From Pseudomonadota bacterium (lineage in GTDB: Bacteria > Pseudomonadota > Alphaproteobacteria > Caulobacterales > Caulobacteraceae), in NCBI GenBank assembly GCA_046725615.1, contig JBKOYY010000004.1, positions 9,389 through 73,388 on the forward strand: 64,000 nucleotides of DNA, given 5' to 3'. Made by a program: the position numbers and the translations under genes. Below are positions 31,804 to 41,440 of the stretch, piece after piece. The notes beneath the pieces were generated by a model. It saw nothing but the letters and a program-made list of their open reading frames with translations, searched no databases and was not told the origin of the DNA. The first letter of the stretch is position 1. Each line of letters opens with the position of its first letter.

Positions 31804-31967
31804 GCGCCTTGTCCGGTCGGAACATGCCGGTCGGACAATAGGAAGCAGGCGGCGGGGGCATAATTTTCCTCGAACCGGCTTGGCTGACTCCCGCCTGGAG
31901 TCTATCGAAGCCTGCCCCTCAGCTCGCAGATCGGCCGCATCGGCGAACGCGGCGTAAGAGCTTTCAG

Positions 31968-33188
31968 ATGACACCCGAATTCCACCGCATCCGACGCCTT
32001 CCTCCCTACGTCTTCGAGGAGGTGAACCGCATCAAGGCCCGCCTCCGTGGGCAGGGCGTCGACATCATCGACTTCGGCATGGGCAACCCCGACATGCCAA
32101 CGCCGAAGCACATCGTCGACAAGCTGGTCGAGACGGCGCGCGACCCCAAGGCCGGCCGCTATTCGGCCTCCAAGGGCATCACCGGCCTGCGCAAGGCCAT
32201 GGCCAACTATTACGGCCGCCGCTTCGGGGTGAAGCTCGACCCGGACCGTGAAGTCATCGCGACCCTCGGCTCGAAGGAGGGCTTCGCTAACCTCGCCCAA
32301 GCCCTGACGGCGCCCGGTGACGTGATCATCTGCCCGAACCCGGCTTATCCGATCCACGCCTACGGCTTCATCATGGCCGGCGGCGTGATCCGCCACGTGC
32401 CGGCCGGCAGTCCCGAGGAATACCTGTCGGGGATCAGCCGGGCGGTGAAGCACTCGGCGCCGCCGCCGAGCGTGCTGATCGTCAGCTATCCGTCGAACCC
32501 GACCGCCCAATGGGTGGATCTGGATTTCTACAAGGAAGTGGTGGCCCTGGCGCGCAAGCACGACCTGCTGGTGCTGTCCGACATCGCCTATTCCGAGATC
32601 TATTTCGACGACAACCCGCCGCCATCCCTGCTGCAGGTGGAGGGCGCCAAAGACATCGCTGTCGAGGTGAACTCGCTGTCGAAGACCTATGCCATGGCCG
32701 GCTGGCGCGTCGGCATGGTGGTGGGCAACGAGCGCATGTGCGCGGCCCTGGCCCGCGTGAAGTCCTATCTCGACTACGGCGCCTACACGCCGATCCAGGT
32801 CGCCGCCGCCGCTGCTCTCAATGGGCCGCAGGACTGCGTCGACGAGATCCGCGCCATCTACAAGGGCCGCCGCGACACCCTGGTCGAGGCCATGAAGCGC
32901 GCCGGCTGGGACATTCCCGCGCCGCCGGCATCGATGTTCGCCTGGGCGCCGCTGCCGAAGCAGTACGAAGCCGCCGGCTCGATGCTGTTCTCCAAGCTTC
33001 TGGTGGAAGAGGCGGGCGTCGCCGTGGCCCCGGGCGTCGCCTTCGGCGAATACGGCGAGGGTTATGTCCGTATCGGCCTGGTCGAGAACGAGCACCGCAT
33101 CCGACAGGCTGCGCGCAACGTGAAGAAGTTCCTGTCCAACGCGGACGAGATCCTGGGACGGGCGCACAACGCCCTGGCCGCCCAATGA
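31968..33188 (+). CDS. Class I/II PLP aminotransferase (AlaC/LL-DAP aminotransferase-like)
   Basis: IRRLPPYVF, DFGMGNPD, GSKEG, YPSNPT, SLSKTYAMAGWRVG; upstream of hom. Confidence 0.9.
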   Translation: MTPEFHRIRRLPPYVFEEVNRIKARLRGQGVDIIDFGMGNPDMPTPKHIVDKLVETARDPKAGRYSASKGITGLRKAMANYYGRRFGVKLDPDREVIATLGSKEGFANLAQALTAPGDVIICPNPAYPIHAYGFIMAGGVIRHVPAGSPEEYLSGISRAVKHSAPPPSVLIVSYPSNPTAQWVDLDFYKEVVALARKHDLLVLSDIAYSEIYFDDNPPPSLLQVEGAKDIAVEVNSLSKTYAMAGWRVGMVVGNERMCAALARVKSYLDYGAYTPIQVAAAAALNGPQDCVDEIRAIYKGRRDTLVEAMKRAGWDIPAPPASMFAWAPLPKQYEAAGSMLFSKLLVEEAGVAVAPGVAFGEYGEGYVRIGLVENEHRIRQAARNVKKFLSNADEILGRAHNALAAQ

Positions 33189-34474
33189 ACCGGAAGACCT
33201 GGCGCATCGGCGTCGCAGGCCTGGGCACCGTGGGCGCCGGGCTGCTCACATTCCTTTCCGAACATCCCAGCTTCGCGCCGGCGGCAGGGCAGGCGGTGAT
33301 CGCCGGGGTTTCGGCCCGGTCGCGTTCGCGGCCGCGGCCGTTCGACATCTCGAACCTGCCCTGGTTCGATGACCCGGTCGCCCTGGCGACGTCGCCCGAC
33401 GTGGACCTGTTCGTTGAACTGATCGGAGGCTCCGACGGCCCGGCCAAGGCTGCGGTCGAGGCCGCGCTTACGGCCGGCAAGCCGGTCGTCACCGCCAATA
33501 AGGCCCTCATTGCGGAGCATGGCGCCGAACTGGCGGCCCTGGCCGAGGCCAAGGGTGTCCCGCTGCTGTTCGAGGCGGCGGTTATGGGCGGGGTCCCCGC
33601 GGTGAAGATGGTCCGCGAGGCACTGGTGGGCGAGGACATCAAGTCGATCGCCGGCATCCTCAACGGCACGTGCAACTACATTCTCACGGAGATGGAAGCG
33701 GCGGGGCGGACGTTCGCCGACGTGCTCGCCGAGGCTCAGCGGCTCGGCTATGCCGAAGCGGATCCGACCATGGACGTCGGCGGCTTCGACGCCGCCCACA
33801 AGATCTCCATCCTGGCCGCCCTGGCCTTCGGATGCGCCCCGAATTACCCGGCGGCGGAGATCGAGGGTATAGACCAGGTCGACCTTCTGGACATCCGCAT
33901 GGCGCGGGACCTCGGCTACCGGATCAAGCTGGTGGCGTCGGCCGAACGTTCGGCGGAGGGTGTCCTGGTGCGCGTGCATCCCTCCCTCACGCCGCTGAAC
34001 CACCCGCTGGCCCAGGCCGGCGGGGCTCTGAACGCGCTGTTCATCGAGGGGACGCGGATCGGGCGGATCTTCGTCCAAGGCCCCGGCGCGGGCGCCGGTC
34101 CGACCGCGGCGGCCGTCGCGGCCGACATCGCCGACGTGATGACGGCGGCGGTCCGTCCTGTCTTCCAGGCTCCGGCGACCGAGTTGAAGCCCTTCGACCC
34201 GGTCGATCCGTCGAAGTTGACGGGCCGGGCCTATCTCCGCTTCCTCGTGAAGGACGAGCCGGGGGTGATCGCGGCGGTTTCGGAAACGCTGGCGGAGGCG
34301 GGCGTCTCCATCGAGAGCTTCCTGCAGAAGCCGACCGAAGGCGCCGAGGGCGTGCCGATCGTCCTGACGACCCACGCCGTGGCGGAGTCGGCCCTGGCTG
34401 CCGCCGTCGAGCGCATCGCGGAGCTTCCGGCAGTGCTGGATCGTCCTAGGTTGTTGCGGATTGCCCGCATCTGA
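33185..34474 (+). CDS. hom: Homoserine dehydrogenase
   Basis: GLGTVG, VVTANKA, FEAAVMGGVP, GILNGTCNYIL, GYAEADPTMDVGGFD, C-terminal ACT domain; ATGA overlap. Confidence 0.96.
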   Translation: MNRKTWRIGVAGLGTVGAGLLTFLSEHPSFAPAAGQAVIAGVSARSRSRPRPFDISNLPWFDDPVALATSPDVDLFVELIGGSDGPAKAAVEAALTAGKPVVTANKALIAEHGAELAALAEAKGVPLLFEAAVMGGVPAVKMVREALVGEDIKSIAGILNGTCNYILTEMEAAGRTFADVLAEAQRLGYAEADPTMDVGGFDAAHKISILAALAFGCAPNYPAAEIEGIDQVDLLDIRMARDLGYRIKLVASAERSAEGVLVRVHPSLTPLNHPLAQAGGALNALFIEGTRIGRIFVQGPGAGAGPTAAAVAADIADVMTAAVRPVFQAPATELKPFDPVDPSKLTGRAYLRFLVKDEPGVIAAVSETLAEAGVSIESFLQKPTEGAEGVPIVLTTHAVAESALAAAVERIAELPAVLDRPRLLRIARI

Positions 34475-34519
34475 GGTCAAAGGCGCGACGAGAAGGCGCT
34501 CGCTGGGGTTGGAAACGAC

Positions 34520-35473
34520 ATGAGTTCTGAAGTTCTGGACCGCAATCTGATCCTGGACGCGGTCCGGGTGACCGAGGCGGCCGCCATTGCGGCCTGGAAG
34601 CTTGCGGGGCGCGGCGACGAGAAGGCCGCCGACCAGGCCGCCGTCGACGCCATGCGCACCGCGCTGAACGACCTGGCCATCGACGGCGAGATCGTGATCG
34701 GCGAGGGCGAGCGCGACGAAGCGCCGATGCTCTACATCGGCGAGAAGGTGGGCAAGGGCGGCAAGGCGAAGATCGACATCGCCCTCGACCCGCTGGAGGG
34801 CACCACCCTGACCGCCAAGGCCATGGCCAATGCGTTGGCCGTCATGGCCTGGGCGCCCAAGGGTACGCTGCTCAACGCGCCCGACACCTACATGGACAAG
34901 ATCGCCTGCGGCCCCGGCTATCCGGCCGGCCTGATCGACCTGGACAAGTCCCCCGCCGAGAACGTGCAGGCGCTGGCCAAGGCCAAGGGCGTCGATCCAA
35001 GCGAGATCACGGTCTGCATCCTGGACCGTCCGCGTCACGCCGACATCATCGCATCGGTGCGCTCGGTGGGCGCGCGGGTGCATCTGATCACGGACGGCGA
35101 CGTCGCCGGCGTGATCAACACCGCCGACCCGGAGACGGGGGTCGACCTCTACGTCGGTTCCGGCGGCGCGCCCGAGGGTGTGCTCGCCTGCGCGGCGCTG
35201 AAGTGCGTGGGCGGCCAGTTCCAGGGCCGACTCGTGTTCCGCAACGCCGATGAGCGCGCCCGCGCCGCCCGCGTGGGCATCACCGACCTCGACAAGAAGT
35301 ACGACCTGCACGAGATGGTTCGCGCCGACGCGATCTTTGCGGCCACCGGCGTGACCAAGGGCGCGCTACTGGATGGCGTGCGCGTGTCAGGCGGCTTCGT
35401 GCACACGCACACGCTGGTCATGAATTCGGCCACGGGCACGGTCCGCGAAGTGCGAATGAAGCGCCCGCTCTGA
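34520..35473 (+). CDS. glpX: Class II fructose-1,6-bisphosphatase
   Basis: RVTEAAA, GRGDEKAADQAAV, VIGEGERDEAPML, DPLEGT, DGDV, GGAPEGV. Confidence 0.96.
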   Translation: MSSEVLDRNLILDAVRVTEAAAIAAWKLAGRGDEKAADQAAVDAMRTALNDLAIDGEIVIGEGERDEAPMLYIGEKVGKGGKAKIDIALDPLEGTTLTAKAMANALAVMAWAPKGTLLNAPDTYMDKIACGPGYPAGLIDLDKSPAENVQALAKAKGVDPSEITVCILDRPRHADIIASVRSVGARVHLITDGDVAGVINTADPETGVDLYVGSGGAPEGVLACAALKCVGGQFQGRLVFRNADERARAARVGITDLDKKYDLHEMVRADAIFAATGVTKGALLDGVRVSGGFVHTHTLVMNSATGTVREVRMKRPL

Positions 35474-35574
35474 TCCCTGTCGGCTCGGACCTGCGTCCGT
35501 TTGTGACGCCGGCCCGAGCTAGCGACTCGCGGGTTCGGGGCGGATAGTGCCGGCGGACACGAGGTTGCGGACGA

Positions 35575-37374
35575 ATGGCCGACGGCGCTGAGCATCTGGG
35601 CTATCTGGGCGTGACTCGGTCGCTGTCCGGCCGGGCATGGCGTCAGCGCGCGGCCTGCCCGGATCTCACGCGTCGCCACCAGCACGACCATGGGCTTTCG
35701 GAGCTGCTGGCTCGCAGCCTTGCGGCGCGCGGCGTCACGGCCGAGACCTGCGGCGACTTCCTCAATCCGACGCTGAAGGCGCTGTTTCCCGACCCGTCGT
35801 TGTTTGCCGACATGGACCGGGCCGCCAGCGTGCTGGTCGACGCCCTGGAGGCGCGGCGCCGGATCGTTGTGTTCGCGGACTACGACGTGGACGGCGCCTC
35901 GTCGGCCGCCCTGATCGTCAGGTGGTTCCGGGAGATGGGACTGGAACTGTCGATCTATGTCCCCGACCGCATCACCGAGGGCTACGGCCCGTCGCCGGCG
36001 GCCTTTCGACGCCTGAAGAACGAGGGTGCGGACCTGGTGGTCACGGTCGACTGTGGCGCGGCGGCCCACGACGCCCTGGCCTGCGCGGCAGAGATCGGAT
36101 TGCCGGTCGTCGTGATCGACCACCATCTCATGCGGCCGGGCGAAATTCCCGAGGTCGCCGCCCTGGTGAACCCGAATCGACCGGACTGCGGCTCGGGCCA
36201 GGGGCACCTGGCGGCGGCGGGTGTGAGTTTCGTGCTGCTCGCGGCGCTGAACCGCGAGGCGCGGCGCCGGGGCCTATTCGGAAGCGGGCGGGAGCCAGAC
36301 CTGCGGGCCTGGCTGGACCTCGCGGCCATGGGCGCGATCTGCGACGTGACGCAGCTCACCGGCTTCAACCGCGCCCTCGCGGCTCAGGGGCTTAAGGTGA
36401 TGTCGGGATGGGCCAATCCGGGTCTCAAGGCGCTGATGGAAGTCGCCAAGGGGCAGGGGCCGGCGTCGGTGTTCCATGTGGGATTCCTGCTTGGCCCGCG
36501 AATCAACGCCGGCGGCAGGATCGGGCGCTCGGACCTGGGCGCGCGCCTTCTGTCGACCGACGACGCCGAGGAGGCGGCGGCGCTCGCCGCTGAGCTCGAC
36601 GCCCTCAACGCCTCGCGCAAGGACGTCGAACGCGAGGTCCAGGAGGCCGCCGTCCGCCACATCGAGCACGCCAGCAACACGACCGACGCCGCCTGCTTGG
36701 TAGTGGCCGACGACGGCTGGCATCCTGGCGTCATCGGCATCGTCGCTGGACGCCTCCGCGAGCGGTATCGCAAGCCGGTGATCGTGATTGGCGTCGATCG
36801 GGCGGCAGACGTGGGCAAGGGCTCGGGGCGCTCACAGCCGGGCGTGAACCTGGGTCAGGCTGTGCAGGCCGCCTACGAGGAGGGCTTGCTGCTTGCTGGC
36901 GGCGGTCACGCCATGGCGGCGGGGCTTTCGATTCGGCCCTCGGCGATCCCTGAGTTGAGGGAGTTCCTGAACGAGCGCCTGGCGGCCGAGGCGGAGATCG
37001 CCACAGCAGAGGACGCCTATGATATCGACGCGCTGGTCACGGCGCGCGGCGCCGACCGAGGGCTCTGGACCGAATTCCAGCGGCTCGCCCCGTTCGGCCC
37101 TGGCAATCCCGAGCCCGCATTCGCCCTGGCCGACGTGCGGCTGGAGCGGCCGATGGCGATGCGAGGCGGCCACGTTCGCTGCACCCTGACCGATCGCTCG
37201 GGCGGGCGACTCAAGGCCGTGGCCTGGCGCTGCGAGGATACCGAGATCGGCCGGCGGCTGCTGCAGGAGGGCGGCGCCGTGCATGTCGCGGGGCGTTTGA
37301 AACCCGATGATTGGCAAGGGCGCGAAGGCGTCCAGTTGGAGATCGAGGACGTCGCGGACCCCCGTCGCAATTGA
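35575..37374 (+). CDS. recJ: Single-stranded DNA exonuclease RecJ
   Basis: DYDVDG, PDRITEGYG, TVDCG, IDHH (DHH motif), GPRINAGGR, GSGRS, GGHAMAAG. Confidence 0.96.
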   Translation: MADGAEHLGYLGVTRSLSGRAWRQRAACPDLTRRHQHDHGLSELLARSLAARGVTAETCGDFLNPTLKALFPDPSLFADMDRAASVLVDALEARRRIVVFADYDVDGASSAALIVRWFREMGLELSIYVPDRITEGYGPSPAAFRRLKNEGADLVVTVDCGAAAHDALACAAEIGLPVVVIDHHLMRPGEIPEVAALVNPNRPDCGSGQGHLAAAGVSFVLLAALNREARRRGLFGSGREPDLRAWLDLAAMGAICDVTQLTGFNRALAAQGLKVMSGWANPGLKALMEVAKGQGPASVFHVGFLLGPRINAGGRIGRSDLGARLLSTDDAEEAAALAAELDALNASRKDVEREVQEAAVRHIEHASNTTDAACLVVADDGWHPGVIGIVAGRLRERYRKPVIVIGVDRAADVGKGSGRSQPGVNLGQAVQAAYEEGLLLAGGGHAMAAGLSIRPSAIPELREFLNERLAAEAEIATAEDAYDIDALVTARGADRGLWTEFQRLAPFGPGNPEPAFALADVRLERPMAMRGGHVRCTLTDRSGGRLKAVAWRCEDTEIGRRLLQEGGAVHVAGRLKPDDWQGREGVQLEIEDVADPRRN

Positions 37375-37388
37375 GTGACGATGGCCGC

Positions 37389-37417
37389 TTGCACCCCAAA
37401 ACGAAGGCCGCTATAGA
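37389..37417 (+). promoter_or_regulatory. Sigma70 promoter of tRNA-Glu
   Basis: TTGCAC-N17-TATAGA ending 18 nt before the tRNA. Confidence 0.7.
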
Positions 37418-37435
37418 GCCGGCCTCGCGCGACGC

Positions 37436-37510
37436 GGTCCCTTCGTCTATCGGTTAGGACGTCAGGTTTTCAACCTGAAGAGAGGGGTTCGACTCCCCTA
37501 GGGACTGCCA
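37436..37510 (+). tRNA. tRNA-Glu (TTC)
   Basis: GGTCCCT...TCAGG-TT-TTC-AA-CCTGA...GGTTCGACTCC...AGGGACTGCCA cloverleaf. Confidence 0.96.
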
Positions 37511-37655
37511 CGCGAGCTTCCCCAAATTCCAGGTTCGCCAGCGTTCGTGCGCCGATTGGCGATGCGAATCAGCCATTGACGACGCCCAGGTTACGAGAAC
37601 AGTGTTATAGTTGGCCCTTAACCCAATCGACGGGGGGTAACGGGCCGAGGGGCGA

Positions 37656-38237
37656 ATGGCTGGTTACGAATTCGAGCAGATCGAAGCGGCGCTGCCGCCG
37701 GTGCGCATCTCGGGGCGCGTGAAGTGGTTCGACTCGGGCAAGGGCTACGGCTTCATTGTGCCGGACGACCCCAGCCAGACGGACCTCAAGGACGTCCTGC
37801 TCCACGTGACGAGTCTGCGCAGTTCCGGGCGAGAGAGCTGCCTGGAAGGGTCACTGATCACCTGCGACGTGGTGCGACGGCCCAAGGGATGGCAGGTCGC
37901 CGAGGTTGTGCTGGTGGACGAAAGCTCGGCCACGCCGCCCGAACGACGGCCTGAAGTGGGACGCCGCCGCGACGGCGAGGTGGCGCCGCGGCCGGTTCGG
38001 CGGCCGATCCAGGCCACCGGTCCGATGCAGGAAGCCAAGGTGAAATGGTTCAACCGGGCCAAGGGTTACGGCTTCGTGGTCCGCGACAGCCAGCCAGGCG
38101 ACATCTTCGTCCACATCGAGACCTTGCGCCGCTCCGGCATGGAAGACCTGCAGCCGGGCGACTGCGTCATGGTGCGCTTCGCCGAGGGGCCAAAGGGCCT
38201 TGTCGTGGCCGAAATCGAGGCGTCTAACCTCGGCTGA
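37656..38237 (+). CDS. cspD: Two-domain cold-shock protein (CspD-like)
   Basis: Two CSDs: [18 protein letters not shown] and [18 protein letters not shown]; followed by DUF192. Confidence 0.8.
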   Translation: MAGYEFEQIEAALPPVRISGRVKWFDSGKGYGFIVPDDPSQTDLKDVLLHVTSLRSSGRESCLEGSLITCDVVRRPKGWQVAEVVLVDESSATPPERRPEVGRRRDGEVAPRPVRRPIQATGPMQEAKVKWFNRAKGYGFVVRDSQPGDIFVHIETLRRSGMEDLQPGDCVMVRFAEGPKGLVVAEIEASNLG

Positions 38238-38261
38238 CCTGACGCGCTTCGGAGTTCCTTC

Positions 38262-38771
38262 GTGTCCCTCGTATCGTTCGGCCGGCGCGGCCTGCTGGCG
38301 CTGGCCTTTCTGTCTGCCGTCGCGGGCCCGGCCTCGGCCCAGATCGCCCGCATGGACCCCAAGCACTGCAAGGGGCAGCCCGAGATCAAGCCTCTGGAGG
38401 CGCTGCAGGTCCGGACCGACCGTGGCGTCACCGCGTTCAAGGTCGAGGTGGCCGACAGCGACCGCGAGCGCGAGTATGGCCTGATGTGCCGCCGCACGCT
38501 GGCGGCCGACCGGGGGATGCTGTTCCTGTTCCCGCGCGCGGCGCCGCAGATGTTCTGGATGCGCAACACCCTCATCCCGCTCGACATCGTCTACATCGGC
38601 GAGGACGGCCGGGTGGTGTCCATCAGCCGCAACGTCCAGCCGCTGGACGAAAGCGGCGCGCCGTCCGCGGGGCCGGCGAAGTTCGTCCTGGAGCTGGCGG
38701 CGGGCCGCGCGGCCCAGATCGGCCTCCTGCCGGGCGACCGGGTGCTGCACAGGGCGCTGCCCCGTGGATGA
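38262..38771 (+). CDS. DUF192 family exported protein
   Basis: FKVEVA, REYGLM, GMLFLF, FWMRNTLIPLDIVYI, FVLELAAG. Confidence 0.9.
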   Translation: MSLVSFGRRGLLALAFLSAVAGPASAQIARMDPKHCKGQPEIKPLEALQVRTDRGVTAFKVEVADSDREREYGLMCRRTLAADRGMLFLFPRAAPQMFWMRNTLIPLDIVYIGEDGRVVSISRNVQPLDESGAPSAGPAKFVLELAAGRAAQIGLLPGDRVLHRALPRG

Positions 38772-39186
38772 GGTGATCCCCGATCCGCCGCCCGGCTTCA
38801 TTCGCTCCAAGGGCCGAGGCCCGTTCTCGACGCACAACGGTCCATACTTCCACCGCATGGGCGAGGATGGCCTGGTGGAGCAGGCCTTCTACGTCCTTCC
38901 TCGGCACGCCAACGGCATTGGCATCGTCCATGGCGGGATGCTGTCGGCCTTCAGCGACGGTCTGCTTGCCGCGGCGGTCGGGCGGGGGACCGACAAGGTC
39001 GGCGTCACCATCCACCTGTCGATCGACTTTCTGCACATGGCCCGCCAGGGCGACTGGATCATCGGTGAGGCCCGGATGTCGCGCGCCACCAAGGACGTGG
39101 CCTTCGCGGACGGGCGGCTGCATGCGCGGGGCGTGGACATCGTCCGGGCCTCGGGCGTGTTCAAGTTGATGACGCGCCACGGTTAG
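38764..39186 (+). CDS. PaaI family (hotdog-fold) thioesterase
   Basis: HANGIGIVHGGMLSAFSD, VTIHLSIDFL. Confidence 0.88.
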   Translation: MDEVIPDPPPGFIRSKGRGPFSTHNGPYFHRMGEDGLVEQAFYVLPRHANGIGIVHGGMLSAFSDGLLAAAVGRGTDKVGVTIHLSIDFLHMARQGDWIIGEARMSRATKDVAFADGRLHARGVDIVRASGVFKLMTRHG

Positions 39187-39233
39187 TTTGCGGAAAGGCC
39201 GAAACGCCTATATCGCAGGGCCGCCGGCGCCCT

Positions 39234-39310
39234 CGGGGCGTAGCGCAGCCTGGTAGCGCATCTGCTTTGGGAGCAGAGGGTCGTGTGTTCGAATCACACC
39301 GCCCCGACCA
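39234..39310 (+). tRNA. tRNA-Pro (TGG)
   Basis: CGGGGCG...TCTGC-TT-TGG-GA-GCAGA...GTTCGAATC...CGCCCCGACCA; upstream TTGCGG...TATATC promoter-like elements. Confidence 0.96.
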
Positions 39311-39342
39311 CGCCGGCGGAATTGAAGGGTCGATCAGAGAAC

Positions 39343-39651
39343 ATGCTCGCGCGCATCTTCCGTCCGTCCAAGACCGCCATGCAGTCGGGCAGGGCCAAGG
39401 CCACCGACTGGGTGCTGGAGTTCGAGCCGAAGGACGCCCGCCGTCCCGATCCGCTGATGGGCTGGACGGTCACCAGCGACACCGAGTCGAGCCAGGTGAG
39501 GCTGACCTTCGAGACCAAGGAGGAGGCCGTGCGCTATGCCGAGCAGCACGGCATCGCCTTCCAGCTCGTCGATCCGCCGCCGGCGAAGCGGATCATCAAG
39601 GCCTATGCCGACAACTTCGCGTTCGGCAGACGCATTCCCTGGACGCACTAG
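39343..39651 (+). CDS. ETC complex I accessory subunit (NDUFS4-like)
   Basis: ARIFRPSKTAMQSG, WVLEF, DPLMGW, LTFETKEEAV, YADNF. Confidence 0.92.
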   Translation: MLARIFRPSKTAMQSGRAKATDWVLEFEPKDARRPDPLMGWTVTSDTESSQVRLTFETKEEAVRYAEQHGIAFQLVDPPPAKRIIKAYADNFAFGRRIPWTH

Positions 39652-39661
39652 GTCGCATCCC

Positions 39662-39738
39662 GCGCCCGTAGCTCAACCGGATAGAGCATCCGCCTTCTAA
39701 GCGGACGGTTGCAGGTTCGAGTCCTGCCGGGCGCGCCA
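39662..39738 (+). tRNA. tRNA-Arg (TCT)
   Basis: GCGCCCG...TCCGC-CT-TCT-AA-GCGGA...GGTTCGAGTCC...CGGGCGCGCCA. Confidence 0.96.
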
Positions 39739-39750
39739 TGCGGAGGCCCC

Positions 39751-40533
39751 ATGCCCTGGACGCGCACCTACGACGAAGCCGAGCCGCAGCGGGTCAACAA
39801 GTGGCTCGCGCAGAGCGGCGTCTGTTCTCGCCGCGAGGCGGAGGCGCTGATCGCAGACGGCTTGGTGAGCATCGACGGCGAGACCGTGTCGGACGCGGGC
39901 CGCAAGATCCTGCCCGGCCAGACCCTGACCCTCGCCGACCGCGCGCATGGTGCGTTGCAGGGCTTCACCGCCGTGCTCAACAAGCCGGTCGGCTACGTCT
40001 CCGGCCAGCCGGAGCCGGGGCAGACCCCGGCGGCGCGACTGCTGACGCGCGGGGCGCTCGTCGGTGAGGGCGCCGCGCCCGACGCCCGGGCCAGTCTGCC
40101 GCCGCTTGGCCGGCTCGACATGGACAGCCACGGGCTTCTGATCCTGTCCAACGACGGGGTGCTGGCCAAGGCGATCATCGGGCCACAGTCCGAACTGGAC
40201 AAAGAGTATCTGGTGCGCGTGGCCGGCCAGCTCGCCGAGCCCAAGCTGGCGCGCCTGCGGCACGGGCTGTCGCTCGACGGGCGCCAGCTGAAACCGGCCA
40301 AGGTGACCGTGGTCCAGGGCCAGACCCTCCGGTTCATCCTGACCGAGGGCCGCAACCGTCAGATCCGCCGCATGTGCGAGCAGGTGGGCCTGCATGTGGT
40401 GGACCTGAAGCGGGTCCGGATCGGTCCGCTGAAGCTCGGGGACCTTCCGGAGGGTCGGTGGCGACACCTGACCCTCGACGAGCGCGAGGCTATGATTCGA
40501 GCGTCATCGGGACCGGCGTCCGGTCGGGGTTGA
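39751..40533 (+). CDS. RsuA/RluB/E/F-family rRNA pseudouridine synthase
   Basis: S4 domain (RVNKWLA..GVCSRREA), LNKPVG, GRLD catalytic Asp, EKEYLV, EGRNRQIRRM. Confidence 0.92.
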   Translation: MPWTRTYDEAEPQRVNKWLAQSGVCSRREAEALIADGLVSIDGETVSDAGRKILPGQTLTLADRAHGALQGFTAVLNKPVGYVSGQPEPGQTPAARLLTRGALVGEGAAPDARASLPPLGRLDMDSHGLLILSNDGVLAKAIIGPQSELDKEYLVRVAGQLAEPKLARLRHGLSLDGRQLKPAKVTVVQGQTLRFILTEGRNRQIRRMCEQVGLHVVDLKRVRIGPLKLGDLPEGRWRHLTLDEREAMIRASSGPASGRG

Positions 40534-41353
40534 GCTTCACCACCCAGTCGGCGCGGCCCGGCATCTCCTCCAGGATCCATCGCGTCAGGCGTTCGTAGTG
40601 CTGGACGAACCGGCCCACCTCGGCGTCGGTCATGCCGCCACCGGCGCGGCCGCGCAGCTTGGCTTCCTGCTCGGTCCGCCAGCCCCGCACGACCTCCCAG
40701 CCTGGCGCCTCCAGGAGCACCAGACGATCGAGCCGGCTGAACAGCGCCTGATAGGCTTCGCCAAGTTGACGGTTCACATAGCCGCGCCAGGCGCCGGTCG
40801 GATCGTCGCGCTGTTCCAGCGGATTGATCGGCCGCCTCAGGCGTTCGGGCGGCTCGGGCCGGGCGCCCACGCACCAACCCTCCAGGATGATCACGTCGAC
40901 CGGGCCTTCGACCGTGCGCCAGTGGCCCTTGGAGACCCGCTCGTCCGTCGCCTTGTCGAACTGGGGTAGGGGCGTCTCGCCTGGCTGACGGAGGTGGTCC
41001 AGCACGCTGCACGCCAAGGCGACGTCGTGGGTGCCCGGCGGGCCGCGTACCTGCAGCAGGCGGTGGACCTTGCCCGCCAGCCAAGCGCGGGCTTCGCGTC
41101 CGAGATAGAAATCGTCCAGGGACAACGCCACGGCCTTGACGCCCCGCCGCGCCAGCAGGCCGACGGTGGCGGCGGTGATGGTCGTCTTCCCCGAGCCCTG
41201 GGGACCACATAGTCCGATCAGCGCGGTGCGGCCGAAGTCGTTGCGCCAATCGCAGGCGCGGTCAGCCAGCGGCCAGACCACATCCTCGAAGGTCCGCAGG
41301 AACCCTTCCGGTAGGCGCTCCTGCGCCAGGAACCGGGCCAGCCAATCGTCCAA
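40490..41353 (-). CDS. P-loop kinase of the GLYK/Tda10 (D-glycerate 3-kinase-like) family
   Basis: GLCGPQGSGKTT, LDDFY, RGPPGTHD, ILEGWCVG, WRTEQE, HYERLT. Confidence 0.8.
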   Translation of the reverse strand: MDDWLARFLAQERLPEGFLRTFEDVVWPLADRACDWRNDFGRTALIGLCGPQGSGKTTITAATVGLLARRGVKAVALSLDDFYLGREARAWLAGKVHRLLQVRGPPGTHDVALACSVLDHLRQPGETPLPQFDKATDERVSKGHWRTVEGPVDVIILEGWCVGARPEPPERLRRPINPLEQRDDPTGAWRGYVNRQLGEAYQALFSRLDRLVLLEAPGWEVVRGWRTEQEAKLRGRAGGGMTDAEVGRFVQHYERLTRWILEEMPGRADWVVKLNPDRTPVPMTLES

Positions 41354-41440
41354 TCCGCCCCCGACTATTCATTCGGCCTCGCCGAGCCTGGCGAGTCGTG
41401 CCGAAAGGTGTAGCCCCGCGCCCGAAACGACGCCAGGAAC

